Part shown: positions 54,710 to 56,134 of the stretch, piece after piece
Numbering within the stretch: position 1 is the stretch's first letter
Layout: each line of letters starts with the position of its first letter
NCBI GenBank assembly: GCA_000995965.1
Contig: LBYD01000002.1
Location: forward strand, 336,563 to 392,696
Length of the DNA stretch: 56,134 nt
Reading direction: 5' to 3'
DNA from: Candidatus Moranbacteria bacterium GW2011_GWC2_40_12
Lineage (GTDB): Bacteria; Patescibacteriota; Minisyncoccia; Moranbacterales; UBA11712
Notes under the pieces: model-generated
The model's database searches: none
Told to the model about the DNA's origin: nothing
The model's input: the letters and a program-made list of their open reading frames with translations, nothing else
Position numbers and translations under genes: made by a program

Positions 54710-54821
54710 AATAGACCTTAGCATCAGGACAACCGCAAAAACTTGTAATAAATAAGCCAAAAAATAGACTTTCTATAAATGGCTCTATCATAGAAACTGC
54801 AGTTATTTAGCTGTAGTTTTT

Positions 54822-55763
54822 ATGTTCGAAAAAACCGAAAAAACCTCCCTAGAAGCGAGTGCGTTCCAGGGAGTAGCCCAAAATGAGGCAAAAAACATGA
54901 GTGAGCGGATCGAAGACTTTCTAGAGTATTCGCGCTACGAATTAAACTTCTCGCCGGTAACGATCATAAAATATCGTGATTCTTTGCGAAGCATGATAAA
55001 AGATTTGGGGGATAAGTCGGTGGAACAATACGAAGTTCAAGAGTTTGTGAAAATGAAGCGTTTAATGATGGACAGGGGATTGAGCGAAGCAAGAATATCA
55101 GGCGTGGTTTATGCGGTGAGAAGTTTTTTGCTATATTGCAAAAGTTTTTTGAAGCTTGAAGTTTTGGAACCCAAACAAATACGTCCGCCGAAAAGATTTA
55201 AGCGAGAGGTAATATTTCTCACGAAAGAGGAAATCGAAGCTTTTATAAATACAATCAATATAAAAAGATGGAATGGTTTGCGATTTAGGACACTGGTTGA
55301 GGTTCTTTTAGGAACAGGGATGAGAATAGGGGAAGTTTTATCACTAAATCGCAAAACTATCATCTGGGAAAAAAGGGAAGCGAAAATTATTGGCAAAGGC
55401 AATAAAGAAAGAACGGTCTTTTTCACGAAAAGATCGCTTGAATGGATCACCAAGTATCTCGAGAGGCGAAACGATACGCACGAGGCAATATTTGTAACCA
55501 AGGCGCCAATCAACCGGCTTGCAGTGGCTGACGTCTGGCGATTTTTTGATAGGCACCGGAAATTGGCAAAAATAGACAAAAAGCTCACGCCCCATATTCT
55601 TCGTCATACCGTCGCCACAAATTTAGTTTTCAATGGTTGCCCAATTGTTCACGTCAAAGAGATTTTGGGTCATGAAAGGCTGGATACGACCTGCAAATAT
55701 TATCTAGGCGTGGACAAGGAGAAGGCAAAAAAGGCACATAAGCAGTTTTTGAATTTTATTTGA
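54822..55763 (+). CDS. Tyrosine recombinase (XerC/XerD / phage-integrase family)
   Basis: SAM-like N-terminal domain (FLEYSRYELNFSPVTIIKYRDSL). GTGMRIGEVLSL, HILRHTVATNL, LGHERLDTTCKYY. The true start may be Met-26 (54897). Confidence 0.85.
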   Translation: MFEKTEKTSLEASAFQGVAQNEAKNMSERIEDFLEYSRYELNFSPVTIIKYRDSLRSMIKDLGDKSVEQYEVQEFVKMKRLMMDRGLSEARISGVVYAVRSFLLYCKSFLKLEVLEPKQIRPPKRFKREVIFLTKEEIEAFINTINIKRWNGLRFRTLVEVLLGTGMRIGEVLSLNRKTIIWEKREAKIIGKGNKERTVFFTKRSLEWITKYLERRNDTHEAIFVTKAPINRLAVADVWRFFDRHRKLAKIDKKLTPHILRHTVATNLVFNGCPIVHVKEILGHERLDTTCKYYLGVDKEKAKKAHKQFLNFI

Positions 55764-56134
55764 CATACTTGATTATCGAAAGATGTTTAGAATTATTTTT
55801 CCAATCAAAAACTTCGGCATAAAACCGAAGTTCTTGGGCGGGTACACCTGTTAGCCGAAATCGGTTCAGTACTAGAAACCTTCTAGTAAAGACTTCAGAC
55901 GAGTCTCAGCATGAATTTGCCAGTCCCCAGCAAAGTGGGTCGCCCCGACACAATCGCAGTGGGTCAGACAAGCTGGCGCTGCTTCAGGGCTGTCGATAAT
56001 GATCAGCCTTGCCGATATCATTTAATATTATTTTAGGAGCTTGTCTAGAACAGCATAGGGATTTATGCTAATTCTATGACCGCTAGATTGATTAAAAACT
56101 CTAAACTAACGAATCGTCAAATTAACAAATTAAT

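Noticed and set aside
55890-55990. TPP-riboswitch-like words on the minus strand (CTGGGG...GCTGAGA...AACCGAT)
   Set aside because: The ACCC element that closes P2 and the UAAU...AGGGA pyrophosphate-sensor half are missing or in the wrong order. No thiamine gene is nearby.

Overview
This 56.1-kb window comes from a small-genome, fairly AT-rich bacterium with the hallmarks of the Candidate Phyla Radiation (Patescibacteria, Parcubacteria-like). The standard genetic code appears to be in use. The hallmarks are a 16S rRNA gene stretched to about 2.66 kb by two insertions, a complete type IV pilus/competence cluster with many pilin paralogues, gatCA, free-standing LAGLIDADG genes, and tRNAs packed tightly against protein genes.

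Gene order, left to right:
- hsp20 (partial), a PrsW-like protease and tsaD.
- tRNA-Glu, followed by an AT-rich integrative island. The island carries a large serine recombinase, a tyrosine recombinase, small regulators, and an 8-gene membrane/secreted operon led by three zinc-ribbon-anchored paralogues.
- hup, envelope glycosylation genes and mpg.
- A GC-rich two-gene islet.
- recG, tRNA-Arg, two tRNA-Ser genes, a LAGLIDADG gene and comFC.
- pilMNO-like genes, pilB, a receiver domain, pilT, pilC, four pilins, pilD and three minor pilins.
- ligA, gatC, gatA, gap, murI, a D-aminoacylase-like gene and murD.
- A promoter and long leader, then the 16S gene with its two insertions.
- A duplicated 16S-end/spacer segment flanking a two-gene cassette, followed by a tyrosine recombinase.

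The most unusual signals:
1. A 60-nt hairpin element is present in frame inside tsaD (twice) and inside the ligA zinc finger. It also occurs at a gene 3' end and in an intergenic site. This resembles Rickettsia palindromic elements.
2. A Shine-Dalgarno-led 61-codon ORF is embedded in a roughly 400-nt helix inserted in the V3 region of the 16S gene.
3. The 16S 3' terminus and spacer are duplicated around a cassette next to an integrase. A terminator follows the 16S gene and no 23S gene is present downstream.
4. Intergenic spaces are filled by stop-to-start palindromes built from short words, including a 130-nt MITE-like element in two inverted copies.
5. Several structured non-coding regions have promoter and terminator signals.

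I found no CRISPR array, cas gene, reverse transcriptase or recognisable defence system. All similarity statements come from reading motifs by eye. No database search was run.
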